Source of the DNA: the human T2T-CHM13v2.0 reference genome, Homo sapiens | Reading direction: 5' to 3' (one strand) | NCBI RefSeq assembly: GCF_009914755.1 | Contig: NC_060948.1 | DNA length: 64,000 nucleotides | In this document: positions 28,701-43,400 of the stretch, piece after piece | How the letters are laid out: each line of letters starts with the position of its first letter | Numbering within the stretch: position 1 is the first letter of the stretch | The notes under the pieces: generated by a model | Databases searched by the model: none | Seen by the model: only the letters and a program-made list of their open reading frames with translations | Told to the model about the DNA's origin: nothing | Position numbers and translations under genes: made by a program

Positions 28701-31481
28701 GGAAAGCAATGGACTGGAATGGAACTTTCTTGAATGGACTGGAATCAAACGGAATGGAATGCAATGCAATCAAATGGCATGGAATAAAATAGAATGAAAG
28801 AGAATCAAATGGAATTGAATCGAATGGAATCGAATGGATTGGAAAGGAATAGAATGGAATGGAATGGAATTGACTCAAATGGAATGGACTAGAATGGAAT
28901 GGATTCGAATGGAAGGCAAAGGAATGGAATCTATTGGAATGGACTGTAATGGAATGGAATGGAAGGGATTGGAATGGACTCGAATGGAATGGACTGCAAT
29001 AGAAAGGATTCGAATGGAATGAAAAAGAATTGAATGGAATAGAACAGAATGGAATCAAATCGAATGAAATGGAATGGAATAGAAAGGAATGGAATGAAAT
29101 GGAATGGAAAGGATTCGAATGGAATGCAATCGAATGGAATGGAATCGAACGGAATGGAATAAAATGGAAGAAAACTGGCAAGAAATGGAATCGAAATGAA
29201 TGGAGTGTTATGGAACGGACTCAAAAGGAATTGAATGTAATAGAATGGAGTGGAGTGGACTCGAATATAATGGACTGGAATGGAATGAAATCACATGGAA
29301 TGGGAACGAATGGAATGGAATGGAAAGGAATGGAATCGAATGGAAAGGAATCGAATGGAAGGGAATGAAATTGAATCAACAGGAATGGAAGGGAATAGAA
29401 TAGACGGTAATGGAATGGACTCGAATAGAATGGACACGAATGCTCAAATTGAATGGACTCGAAAGGAATGGAAACGAAAGGAATGTCATCGAATGGAATT
29501 GAATCGATTGGAATGAAATCGCATAGAATGGAGTGGAATCAAATGGAATTGAATCGAAAGGAAAGGAAGCGAATGGACTGAAATGAAATGGAATGGAATT
29601 GAATGGAAAGTAATGCAATGGAATAGAATGGAACGAAATTTCACGGAATGGAATCAAACTGAATGGAATCAAATCAATGGAATCTAATCAAATGGAATGG
29701 AAAGGAATTGAATGGTGTAGATTGGATTGGATGGGATTGGAATGAAATGTACTGGAAAGGACTCGAATTTCATGAAACGGAATGGAATGAATTGGAACGG
29801 AATGGACTCGAATGGAATGGAATGTCATGGAATGGCATCAAATGGAATGGCATCAAATGGAATGGAATCGAATGCAATGGAATGCTATGGAATGGAATGG
29901 AATGCATTGGAATGGAATGTCCTCAAATGGAATGGATTCGAGTGGAATGGAATCGAATATAATGGAGTCGAATGAAATGGAATTGAAAGGAATGGGATCG
30001 AATAGAATGGAATATACTGAAATGTAATGTAATGAACTCGAATGTAATTGACTGGAATGGAATGTACATGAATGGAATGTGATCGAATGGAAAGTAATCC
30101 AATGGAATAGAATCTAATGCAATAAAACCGACTCAGATAGAGTAGAATGTAATGGAATGGAGTGCAGTGCAATGGAATGGAATGGAATTGAATGCAATGG
30201 AATGGAATGGAATGGAATGGAATGGAATGGAATGGAATGGGATGGAATGGTATGGAATGGATAGTAATGGACTGGAGTGAAATGGACTGGAAAGGAATGG
30301 ACTCAAATTGAAAGGGCTCGAAAGGAATGGAGTCAAATGGAATGGTCTGGAATGGAATGAAAACGAATGTAATGCAATCCAATAGAATGGAAACGAATGG
30401 CATGGAATATAAAGAAATGGAATCGAAGAGAATGGAAACAAATGGAATGGAATTGAATGGAATGGAATTGAATGGAATGGGAACGAATGGAGTGAAATTG
30501 TATGCAGTAGAAGGGAATAGAATGGAATGCAAGCGAAAGGAAAGGAATGGATTGGAATGGAATGGAATTCATTGGAATGGAAGGGAATGTAGTGTAATGG
30601 ACAGGCCTGGAATAAAGTGGAATGCTACGGTCTCGAATGGAATAAAAATGTATGGAATGGAATGCAATGAAACGGAATCGAATGTCATAGAATGTAATGG
30701 AATGCAACAAAATGGAATCCAAAATCATTGACTGGAAAGGCTGGGTGTCGAAAGGAATTGACTCCAATGGAATGGAATCGAATGGAATGGAAGTGAATAG
30801 AATCGAACTAAATCGAATGGAATGGAATTGATAGGAACGGAATGGAAAGGAATGCAATGATTTGGCATGGAATGGAATCGAATGGCATCGAATGGAATGG
30901 AATGGAATGCAATGGAATGGAATGTATTAGAATGTAATGAACTTTAATGGAATGTACTCGAATGGATTCGACTGGAATGGAATGTTCTGGAAGTGAATGG
31001 ACTCCAATGGAATGGATTCAAAACGAATGGAATCGTACGGAATGGAATCTAATGGAATGGAATTAAATGGAAATGAATCAAATTGAATAGCACGGAATTG
31101 AATTGAATGGAATCGAATGCAATGGAATCTAATGAAACGGAAAGGAAAGGAATGCAATGGAATGGAATGGGCTGGAATGGAAAGGAATCGAAACGAATGG
31201 AATGGAATCGAACTGACGAGACTGGAATGGAATGCACTGGAATGGAAGGGAGTGTAATGGAAGGTTCTCGAAAAAAATGGAATCGAATGGAATGGAATTG
31301 AATGGAACGGAATAGAGTCGAATGGAATTGAATGGAATGGAATGGACTAGAGTGAAATGGAATCGAACCACAAGGAATGGAGAGGAATAGAATGGTCTCG
31401 AATTGAATGGAATCGTATGGAATGGCATCAAACGGAATGGAATGGACAGCCACGGAATGGAATGCACTCGAATGCAATGGA

Positions 31482-31497
31482 GTCGAAACGTCGAAAC
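31482..31497 (+). repeat. Private 8 bp tandem duplication GTCGAAAC-GTCGAAAC
   Basis: Reads GGAGTCGAAACGTCGAAACTAATGG here, versus GGAGTCGAAACTAATGG in all other units. The unit length of 3557 equals 3549+8. Confidence 0.9.
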
Positions 31498-34400
31498 TAA
31501 TGGACTGGAATAGAATGGACTCGACTGGTACGGACTCCAATGGAATGGAATCGAATGGAAGGGAATCGAACGGAATGGACTCGAAGGGAAAAGACTGCAA
31601 TGGAAAGGTCTCGAATGGAATGGAAATTAATGGAATGGAATGGAATCGAATGAAATGGAGTCAAAAGGAATGGAATCGAATGGCAAGAAATCGAATGTAA
31701 TGGAATCGCAAGGAATTGATGTGAACGGAACGGAATGGAATGGAATCCAAAGGAATGGAATAGAATGGAATGGAATCGAATGGAAAGGACTCGAATGGAA
31801 ATCACTCGAATAGAATGCAATTTAATAAAATAGGATCAAATGTAATGGAATGGAATGGAAAGGAATCGAAACGAAAGGAATGGAGACAGATGGAATGGAA
31901 TGGAACAGAGAGCAATGGTATAGAATGGAATGGAATCATCTGGAATGGAATTGAATGGAATGGAATAATATGAAATGGAATGGAATGGAATGGAATGGAA
32001 TGCCCTTGAATTAAATGGACTGGAATGGAATGGACTCGAACAGAGTGGAATGGAAAGTGTTGAGATAGAATGGAATGGACTCGTTTGGAATGGTCTAGTA
32101 TGCAATGCAATCGACTGGCAGGGAATCAAAAGGAATGTAATCGAATGGATTGGACTGGAATGCAATGGACTCGAATAGATTGCAAACGGAATGCAAAGGA
32201 ATGGAATGGAATAGTATGGAATGGAATGGAAAGGAATGGAGTGGAATAGACTAGAGTGGAATGGAATGGACTGGAAAGCAATGGACTGGAATGGAACTTT
32301 CTTGAATGGACTGGAATCAAACGGAATGGAATGCAGTGCAATCAAATGGCATGGAATAAAATAGAATGAAAGAGAATGAAATGGAATTGAATCGAATGGA
32401 ATCGAATGGATTGGAAAGGAATAGAATGGAATGGAATGGAATTGACTCAAATGGAATGGACTAGAATGGAATGGATTCGAATGGAAGGCAAAGGAATGGA
32501 ATCTATTGGAATGGACTGTAATGGAATGGAATGGAAGGGATTGGAATGGACTCGAATGGAATGGACTGCAATAGAAAGGATTCGAATGGAATGAAAAAGA
32601 ATTGAATGGAATAGAACAGAATGGAATCAAATCGAATGAAATGGAATGGAATAGAAAGGAATGGAATGAAATGGAATGGAAAGGATTCGAATGGAATGCA
32701 ATCGAATGGAATGGAATCGAACGGAATGGAATAAAATGGAAGAAAACTGGCAAGAAATGGAATCGAAATGAATGGAGTGTTATGGAACGGACTCAAAAGG
32801 AATTGAATGTAATAGAATGGAGTGGAGTGGACTCGAATATAATGGACTGGAATGGAATGAAATCACATGGAATGGGAACGAATGGAATGGAATGGAAAGG
32901 AATGGAATCGAATGGAAAGGAATCTAATGGAAGGGAATGAAATTGAATCAACAGGAATGGAAGGGAATAGAATAGACGGTAATGGAATGGACTCGAATAG
33001 AATGGACACGAATGCTGAAATTGAATGGACTCGAATGGAATGGCAACGAAAGGAATGTCATCGAATGGAATTGAATCGATTGGAATGAAATCGCATAGAA
33101 TGGAGTGGAATCAAATGGAATTGAATCGAAAGGAAAGGAAGCGAATGGACTGAAATGAAATGGAATGGAATTGAATGGAAAGTAATGCAATGGAATAGAA
33201 TGGAACGAAATTTCACGGAATGGAATCAAACTGAATGGAATCAAATCAATGGAATCTAATCAAATGGAATGGAAAGGAATTGAATGGAGTAGATTGGATT
33301 GGATGGGATTGGAATGAAATGTACTGGAAAGGACTCGAATTTCATGAAACGGAATGGAATGAATTGGAACGGAATGGACTCGAATGGAATGGAATGTCAT
33401 GGAATGGCATCAAATGGAATGGCATCAAATGGAATGGAATCGAATGCAATGGAATGCTACGGAATGGAATGGAATGCATTGGAATAGAAAGTCCTCTAAT
33501 GGAATGTATTCGAGTGGAATGGAATCGAATATAATGGAGTCGAATGAAATGGAATTGAAAAGAATGGGATCAAATACAATGGAATATACTGGAATGTAAT
33601 GTAATGAACTCGAATGTAATTGACTGGAATGGAATGTACATGAATGGAATGTAATCGAATGGAAAGTAATCCAATGGAATAGAAACTAATGCAATAAAAT
33701 CGACTCAAATAGAGTAGAATGTAATGGAATGGAGTGCAGTGCAATGGAATGGAATGGAATGGAATGCAATGGAATGGAATGGATTGGAATGGAATGGGAT
33801 GGAATGGTGTGGAATGGATAGTAATGGACTGGTGTGAAATGGACTGGAAAGGAATGGACTCAAATTGAAAGGGCTCGAAAGGAATGGAGTCAAATGGAAT
33901 GGTCTGGAATGGAATGAACACGAATGTAATGCAATCCAATAGAATGGAATCGAATGGCATGGAACATAAAGAAATGGAATCGAAGAGAATGGAAACAAAT
34001 GGAATGGAATTGAATGGAATGGAATTGAATGGAATGGGAAGGAATGGAGTGAAATTGTATGCAGTAGTAGAGAATAGAATGGAATGCAAGTGAAAGGAAA
34101 GGAATGGATTGGAATGGAATGGAATTCATTGGAATGGAAGGGAATGTAGTGTAATGGACAGGCCTGGAATAAAGTGGAATGCTACGGTCTCGAATGGAAT
34201 AAAAATGTATGGAATGGAATGCAATGAAACGGAATCGAATGTCATAGAATGTAATGGAATGCAAAAAAATGGAATCCAAAATCATTGACTGGAAAGGCTG
34301 GGTGTCGAAAGGAATTGACTCCAATGGAATGGAATCGAATGGAATGGAAGTGAATAGAATCGAACTAAATCGAATGGAATGGAATTGATAGGAACGGAAT

Positions 34401-37400
34401 GGAAAGGAATGCAATGATTTGGCATGGAATGGAATCGAATGGCATCGAATGGAATGGAATGGAATGCAATGGAATGGAATGTATTAGAATGTAATGAACT
34501 TTAATGGAATGTACTCGAATGGATTCGACTGGAATGGAATGTTCTGGAAGTGAATGGACTCCAATGGAATGGATTCAAAAGGAATGGAATCGTACGGAAT
34601 GGAATCTAATGGAATGGAATTAAATGGAAATGAATCAAATTGAATAGCACGGAATTGAATTGAATGGAATGGAATGCAATGGAATCTAATGAAACGGAAA
34701 GGAAAGGAATGGAATGGAATGGAATGGGCTGGAATGGAAAGGAATCGAAACGAATGGAATGGAATCGAACTGAAGAGACTGGAATGGAATGCACTGGAAT
34801 GGAAGGGAGTGTAATGAAGGTTCTCGAAAAAAATGGAATCGAATGGAATGGAATTGAATGGAACGGAATAGAGTCGAATGGAATTGAATGGAATGGAATG
34901 GACTAGAGTGAAATGGAATCGAACCACAAGGAATGGACAGGAATAGAATGGTCTCGAATTGAATGGAATCGTATGGAATGGCATCAAACGGAATGGAATG
35001 GACAGCCACGGAATGGAATGCACTCGAATGCAATGGAGTCGAAACTAATGGACTGGAATAGAATGGACTCGACTGGTACGGACTCCAATGGAATGGAATC
35101 GAATGGAAGGGAATCGAACGGAATGGACTCGAAGGGAAAGACTGCAATGGAAAGGTCTTGAATGGAATGGAAATTAATGGAATGGAATGGAATCGAATGA
35201 AATGGAGTCAAAAGGAATGGAATCGAATGGCAAGAAATCGAATGTAATGGAATCGCAAGGAATTGATGTGAACGGAACGGAATGGAATGGAATCCAAAGG
35301 AATGGAATAGAATGGAATGGAATCGAATGGAAAGGACTCGAATGGAAATCACTCGAATAGAATGCAATTTAATAAAATAGGATCAAATGTAATGGAATGG
35401 AATGGAAAGGAATCGAAACGAAAGGAATGGAGACAGATGGAATGGAATGGAACAGAGAGCAATGGTATAGAATGGAATGGAATCATCTGGAATGGAATTG
35501 AATGGAATGGAATAATATGAAATGGAATGGAATGGAATGGAATGGAATGCCCTTGAATTAAATGGACTGGAATGGAATGGACTCGAACAGAGTGGAATGG
35601 AAAGTGTTGAGATAGAATGGAATGGACTCCTTTGGAATGGTGTAGTATGCAATGCAATCGACTGGCAGGGAATCAAAAGGAATGTAATCGAATGGATTGG
35701 ACTGGAATGCAATGGACTCGAATAGATTGGAAACGGAATGCAAAGGAATGGAATGGAATAGTATGGAATGGAATGGAAAGGAATGGAGTGGAATAGACTA
35801 GAGTGGAATGGAATGGACTGGAAAGCAATGGACTGGAATGGAACTTTCTTGAATGGACTGGAATCAAACGGAATGGAATGCAATGCAATCAAATGGCATG
35901 GAATAAAATAGAATGAAAGAGAATCAAATGGAATTGAATCGAATGGAATCGAATGGATTGGAAAGGAATAGAATGGAATGGAATGGAATTGACTCAAATG
36001 GAATGGACTAGAATGGAATGGATTCGAATGGAAGGCAAAGGAATGGAATCTATTGGAATGGACTGTAATGGAATGGAATGGAAGGGATTGGAATGGACTC
36101 GAATGGAATGGACTGCAATAGAAAGGATTCGAATGGAATGAAAAAGAATTGAATGGAATAGAACAGAATGGAATCAAATCGAATGAAATGGAATGGAATA
36201 GAAAGGAATGGAATGAAATGGAATGGAAAGGATTCGAATGGAATGCAATCGAATGGAATGGAATCGAACGGAATGGAATAAAATGGAAGAAAACTGGCAA
36301 GAAATGGAATCGAAATGAATGGAGTGTTATGGAACAGACTCAAAAGGAATTGAATGTAATAGAATGGAGTGGAGTGGACTCGAATATAATGGACTGGAAT
36401 GGAATGAAATCACATGGAATGGGAACGAATGGAATGGAATGGAAAGGAATGGAATCGAATGGAAAGGAATCGAATGGAAGGGAATGAAATTGAATCAACA
36501 GGAATGGAAGGGAATAGAATAGACGGTAATGGAATGGACTCGAATAGAATGGACACGAATGCTCAAATTGAATGGACTCGAATGGAATGGAAACGAAAGG
36601 AATGTCATCGAATGGAATTGAATCGATTGGAATGAAATCGCATAGAATGGAGTGGAATCAAATGGAATTGAATCGAAAGGAAAGGAAGCGAATGGACTGA
36701 AATGAAATGGAATGGAATTGAATGGAAAGTAATGCAATGGAATAGAATGGAACGAAATTTCACGGAATGGAATCAAACTGAATGGAATCAAATCAATGGA
36801 ATCTAATCAAATGGAATGGAAAGGAATTGAATGGAGTAGATTGGATTGGATGGGATTGGAATGAAATGTACTGGAAAGGACTCGAATTTCATGAAACGGA
36901 ATGGAATGAATTGGAACGGAACGGACTCGAATGGAATGGAATGTCATGGAATGGCATCAAATGGAATGGCATCAAATGGAATGGAATCGAATGCAATGGA
37001 ATGCTATGGAATGGAATGGAATGCATTGGAATGGAATGTCCTCAAATGGAATGGATTCGAGTGGAATGGAATCGAATATAATGGAGTCGAATGAAATGGA
37101 ATTGAAAGGAATGGGATCGAATAGAATGGAATATACTGAAATGTAATGTAATGAACTCGAATGTAATTGACTGGAATGGAATGTACATGAATGGAATGTA
37201 ATCGAATGGAAAGTAATCCAATGGAATAGAATCTAATGCAATAAAACCGACTCAGATAGAGTAGAATGTAGTGGAATGGAGTGCAGTGCAATGGAATGGA
37301 ATGGAATTGAAAGCAATGGAATGGAATGGAATGGAATGGAAGGGAATGGAATGGGATGGAATGGTATGGAATGGATAGTAATGGACTGGAGTGAAATGGA

Positions 37401-40400
37401 CTGGAAAGGAATGGACTCAAATTGAAAGGGCTCGAAAGGAATGGAGTCAAATGGAATGGTCTGGAATGGAATGAAAACGAATGTAATGCAATCCAATAGA
37501 ATGGAAACGAATGGCATGGAATATAAAGAAATGGAATCGAAGAGAATGGAAACAAATGGAATGGAATTGAATGGAATGGAATTGAATGGAATGGGAACGA
37601 ATGGAGTGAAATTGTATGCAGTAGAAGGGAATAGAATGGAATGCAAGCGAAAGGAAAGGAATGGATTGGAATGGAATGGAATTCATTGGAATGGAAGGGA
37701 ATGTAGTGTAATGGACAGGCCTGGAATAAAGTGGAATGCTACGGTCTCGAATGGAATAAAAATGTATGGAATGGAATGCAATGAAACGGAATCGAATGTC
37801 ATAGAATGTAATGGAATGCAACAAAATGGAATCCAAAATCATTGACTGGAAAGGCTGGGTGTCGAAAGGAATTGACTCCAATGGAATGGAATCGAATGGA
37901 ATGGAAGTGAATAGAATCGAACTAAATCGAATGGAATGGAATTGATAGGAACGGAATGGAAAGGAATGCAATGATTTGGCATGGAATGGAATCGAATGGC
38001 ATCGAATGGAATGGAATGGAATGCAATGGAATGGAATGTATTAGAATGTAATGAACTTTAATGGAATGTACTCGAATGGATTCGACTGGAATGGAATGTT
38101 CTGGAAGTGAATGCACTCCAATGGAATGGATTCAAAACGAATGGAATCGTACGGAATGGAATCTAATGGAATGGAATTAAATGGAAATGAATCAAATTGA
38201 ATAGCACGGAATTGAATTGAATGGAATCGAATGCAATGGAATCTAATGAAACGGAAAGGAAAGGAATGCAATGGAATGGAATGGGCTGGAATGGAAAGGA
38301 ATCGAAACGAATGGAATGGAATCGAACTGAAGAGACTGGAATGGAATGCACTGGAATGGAAGGGAGTGTAATGGAAGGTTCTCGAAAAAAATGGAATCGA
38401 ATGGAATGGAATTGAATGGAACGGAATAGAGTCGAATGGAATTGAATGGAATGGAATGGACTAGAGTGAAATGGAATCGAACCACAAGGAATGGAGAGGA
38501 ATAGAATGGTCTCGAATTGAATGGAATCGTATGGAATGGCATCAAACGGAATGGAATGGACAGCCACGGAATGGAATGCACTCGAATGCAATGGAGTCGA
38601 AACTAATGGACTGGAATAGAATGGACTCGACTGGTACGGACTCCAATGGAAGGGAATCGAACGGAAGGGAATCGAACGGAATGGACTCGAAGGGAAAAGA
38701 CTGCAATGGAAAGGTCTCGAATGGAATGGAAATTAATGGAATGGAATGGAATCGAATGAAATGGAGTCAAAAGGAATGGAATCGAATGGCAAGAAATCGA
38801 ATGTAATGGAATCGCAAGGAATTGATGTGAACGGAACGGAATGGAATGGAATCCAAAGGAATGGAATAGAATGGAATGGAATCGAATGGAAAGGACTCGA
38901 ATGGAAATCACTCGAATAGAATGCAATTTAATAAAATAGGATCAAATGTAATGGAATGGAATGGAAAGGAATCGAAACGAAAGGAATGGAGACAGATGGA
39001 ATGGAATGGAACAGAGAGCAATGGTATAGAATGGAATGGAATCATCTGGAATGGAATTGAATGGAATGGAATAATATGAAATGGAATGGAATGGAATGGA
39101 ATGGAATGCCCTTGAATTAAATGGACTGGAATGGAATGGACTCGAACAGAGTGGAATGGAAAGTGTTGAGATAGAATGGAATGGACTCCTTTGGAATGGT
39201 GTAGTATGCAATGCAATCGACTGGCAGGGAATCAAAAGGAATGTAATCGAATGGATTGGACTGGAATGCAATGGACTCGAATAGATTGGAAACGGAATGC
39301 AAAGGAATGGAATGGAATAGTATGGAATGGAATGGAAAGGAATGGAGTGGAATAGACTAGAGTGGAATGGAATGGACTGGAAAGCAATGGACTGGAATGG
39401 AACTTTCTTGAATGGACTGGAATCAAACGGAATGGAATGCAATGCAATCAAATGGCATGGAATAAAATAGAATGAAAGAGAATCAAATGGAATTGAATCG
39501 AATGGAATCGAATGGATTGGAAAGGAATAGAATGGAATGGAATTGACTCAAATGGAATGGACTAGAATGGAATGGATTCGAATGGAAGGCAAAGGAATGG
39601 AATCTATTGGAATGGACTGTAATGGAATGGAATGGAAGGGATTGGAATGGACTCGAATGGAATGGACTGCAATAGAAAGGATTCGAATGGAATGAAAAAG
39701 AATTGAATGGAATAGAACAGAATGGAATCAAATCGAATGAAATGGAATGGAATAGAAAGGAATGGAATGAAATGGAATGGAAAGGATTCGAATGGAATGC
39801 AATCGAATGGAATGGAATCGAACGGAATGGAATAAAATGGAAGAAAACTGGCAAGAAATGGAATCGAAATGAATGGAGTGTTATGGAACAGACTCAAAAG
39901 GAATTGAATGTAATAGAATGGAGTGGAGTGGACTCGAATATAATGGACTGGAATGGAATGAAATCACATGGAATGGGAACGAATGGAATGGAATGGAAAG
40001 GAATGGAATCGAATGGAAAGGAATCGAATGGAAGGGAATGAAATTGAATCAACAGGAATGGAAGGGAATAGAATAGACGGTAATGGAATGGACTCGAATA
40101 GAATGGACACGAATGCTCAAATTGAATGGACTCGAATGGAATGGAAACGAAAGGAATGTCATCGAATGGAATTGAATCGATTGGAATGAAATCGCGTAGA
40201 ATGGAGTGGAATCAAATGGAATTGAATCGAAAGGAAAGGAAGCGAATGGACTGAAATGAAATGGAATGGAATTGAATGGAAAGTAATGCAATGGAATAGA
40301 ATGGAACGAAATTTCACGGAATGGAATCAAACTGAATGGAATCAAATCAATGGAATCTAATCAAATGGAATGGAAAGGAATTGAATGGAGTAGATTGGAT

Positions 40401-43400
40401 TGGATGGGATTGGAATGAAATGTACTGGAAAGGACTCGAATTTCATGAAACGGAATGGAATGAATTGGAACGGAACGGACTCGAATGGAATGGAATGTCA
40501 TGGAATGGCATCAAATGGAATGGCATCAAATGGAATGGAATCGAATGCAATGGAATGCTATGGAATGGAATGGAATGCATTGGAATGGAATGTCCTCAAA
40601 TGGAATGGATTCGAGTGGAATGGAATCGAATATAATGGAGTCGAATGAAATGGAATTGAAAGGAATGGGATCGAATAGAATGGAATATACTGAAATGTAA
40701 TGTAATGAACTCGAATGTAATTGACTGGAATGGAATGTACATGAATGGAATGTAATCGAATGGAAAGTAATCCAATGGAATAGAATCTAATGCAATAAAA
40801 CCGACTCAGATAGAGTAGAATGTAGTGGAATGGAGTGCAGTGCAATGGAATGGAATGGAATTGAATGCAATGGAATGGAATGGAATGGAATGGAATGGAA
40901 TGGAATGGAATGGGATGGAATGGTATGGAATGGATAGTAATGGACTGGAGTGAAATGGACTGGAAAGGAATGGACTCAAATTGAAAGGGCTCGAAAGGAA
41001 TGGAGTCAAATGGAATGGTCTGGAATGGAATGAAAACGAATGTAATGCAATCCAATAGAATGGAAACGAATGGCATGGAATATAAAGAAATGGAATCGAA
41101 GAGAATGGAAACAAATGGAATGGAATTGAATGGAATGGAATTGAATGGAATGGGAACGAATGGAGTGAAATTGTATGCAGTAGAAGGGAATAGAATGGAA
41201 TGCAAGCGAAAGGAAAGGAATGGATTGGAATGGAATGGAATTCATTGGAATGGAAGGGAATGTAGTGTAATGGACAGGCCTGGAATAAAGTGGAATGCTA
41301 CGGTCTCGAATGGAATAAAAATGTATGGAATGGAATGCAATGAAACGGAATCGAATGTCATAGAATGTAATGGAATGCAACAAAATGGAATCCAAAATCA
41401 TTGACTGGAAAGGCTGGGTGTCGAAAGGAATTGACTCCAATGGAATGGAATCGAATGGAATGGAAGTGAATAGAATCGAACTAAATCGAATGGAATGGAA
41501 TTGATAGGAACGGAATGGAAAGGAATGCAATGATTTGGCATGGAATGGAATCGAATGGCATCGAATGGAATGGAATGGAATGCAATGGAATGGAATGTAT
41601 TAGAATGTAATGAACTTTAATGGAATGTACTCGAATGGATTCGACTGGAATGGAATGTTCTGGAAGTGAATGGACTCCAATGGAATGGATTCAAAACGAA
41701 TGGAATCGTACGGAATGGAATCTAATGGAATGGAATTAAATGGAAATGAATCAAATTGAATAGCACGGAATTGAATTGAATGGAATCGAATGCAATGGAA
41801 TCTAATGAAACGGAAAGGAAAGGAATGCAATGGAATGGAATGGGCTGGAATGGAAAGGAATCGAAACGAATGGAATGGAATCGAACTGAAGAGACTGGAA
41901 TGGAATGCACTGGAATGGAAGGGAGTGTAATGGAAGGTTCTCGAAAAAAATGGAATCGAATGGAATGGAATTGAATGGAACGGAATAGAGTCGAATGGAA
42001 TTGAATGGAATGGAATGGACTAGAGTGAAATGGAATCGAACCACAAGGAATGGAGAGGAATAGAATGGTCTCGAATTGAATGGAATCGTATGGAATGGCA
42101 TCAAACGGAATGGAATGGACAGCCACGGAATGGAATGCACTCGAATGCAATGGAGTCGAAACTAATGGACTGGAATAGAATGGACTCGACTGGTACGGAC
42201 TCCAATGGAAGGGAATCGAACGGAAGGGAATCGAACGGAATGGACTCGAAGGGAAAAGACTGCAATGGAAAGGTCTCGAATGGAATGGAAATTAATGGAA
42301 TGGAATGGAATCGAATGAAATGGAGTCAAAAGGAATGGAATCGAATGGCAAGAAATCGAATGTAATGGAATCGCAAGGAATTGATGTGAACGGAACGGAA
42401 TGGAATGGAATCCAAAGGAATGGAATAGAATGGAATGGAATCGAATGGAAAGGACTCGAATGGAAATCACTCGAATAGAATGCAATTTAATAAAATAGGA
42501 TCAAATGTAATGGAATGGAATGGAAAGGAATCGAAACGAAAGGAATGGAGACAGATGGAATGGAATGGAATGGAACAGAGAGCAATGGTATAGAATGGAA
42601 TGGAATCATCTGGAATGGAATTGAATGGAATGGAATAATATGAAATGGAATGGAATGGAATGGAATGGAATGCCCTTGAATTAAATGGACTGGAATGGAA
42701 TGGACTCGAACAGAGTGGAATGGAAAGTGTTGAGATAGAATGGAATGGACTCGTTTGGAATGGTCTAGTATGCAATGCAATCGACTGGCAGGGAATCAAA
42801 AGGAATGTAATCGAATGGATTGGACTGGAATGCAATGGACTCGAATAGATTGCAAACGGAATGCAAAGGAATGGAATGGAATAGTATGGAATGGAATGGA
42901 AAGGAATGGAGTGGAATAGACTAGAGTGGAATGGAATGGACTGGAAAGCAATGGACTGGAATGGAACTTTCTTGAATGGACTGGAATCAAACGGAATGGA
43001 ATGCAATGCAATCAAATGGCATGGAATAAAATAGAATGAAAGAGAATCAAATGGAATTGAATCGAATGGAATCGAATGGATTGGAAAGGAATAGAATGGA
43101 ATGGAATGGAATGGACTAGAATGGAATGGATTCGAATGGAAGGCAAAGGAATGGAATCTATTGGAATGGACTGTAATGGAATGGAATGGAAGGGATTGGA
43201 ATGGACTCGAATGGAATGGACTGCAATAGAAAGGATTCGAATGGAATGAAAAAGAATTGAATGGAATAGAACAGAATGGAATCAAATCGAATGAAATGGA
43301 ATGGAATAGAAAGGAATGGAATGAAATGGAATGGAAAGGATTCGAATGGAATGCAATCGAATGGAATGGAATCGAACGGAATGGAATAAAATGGAAGAAA

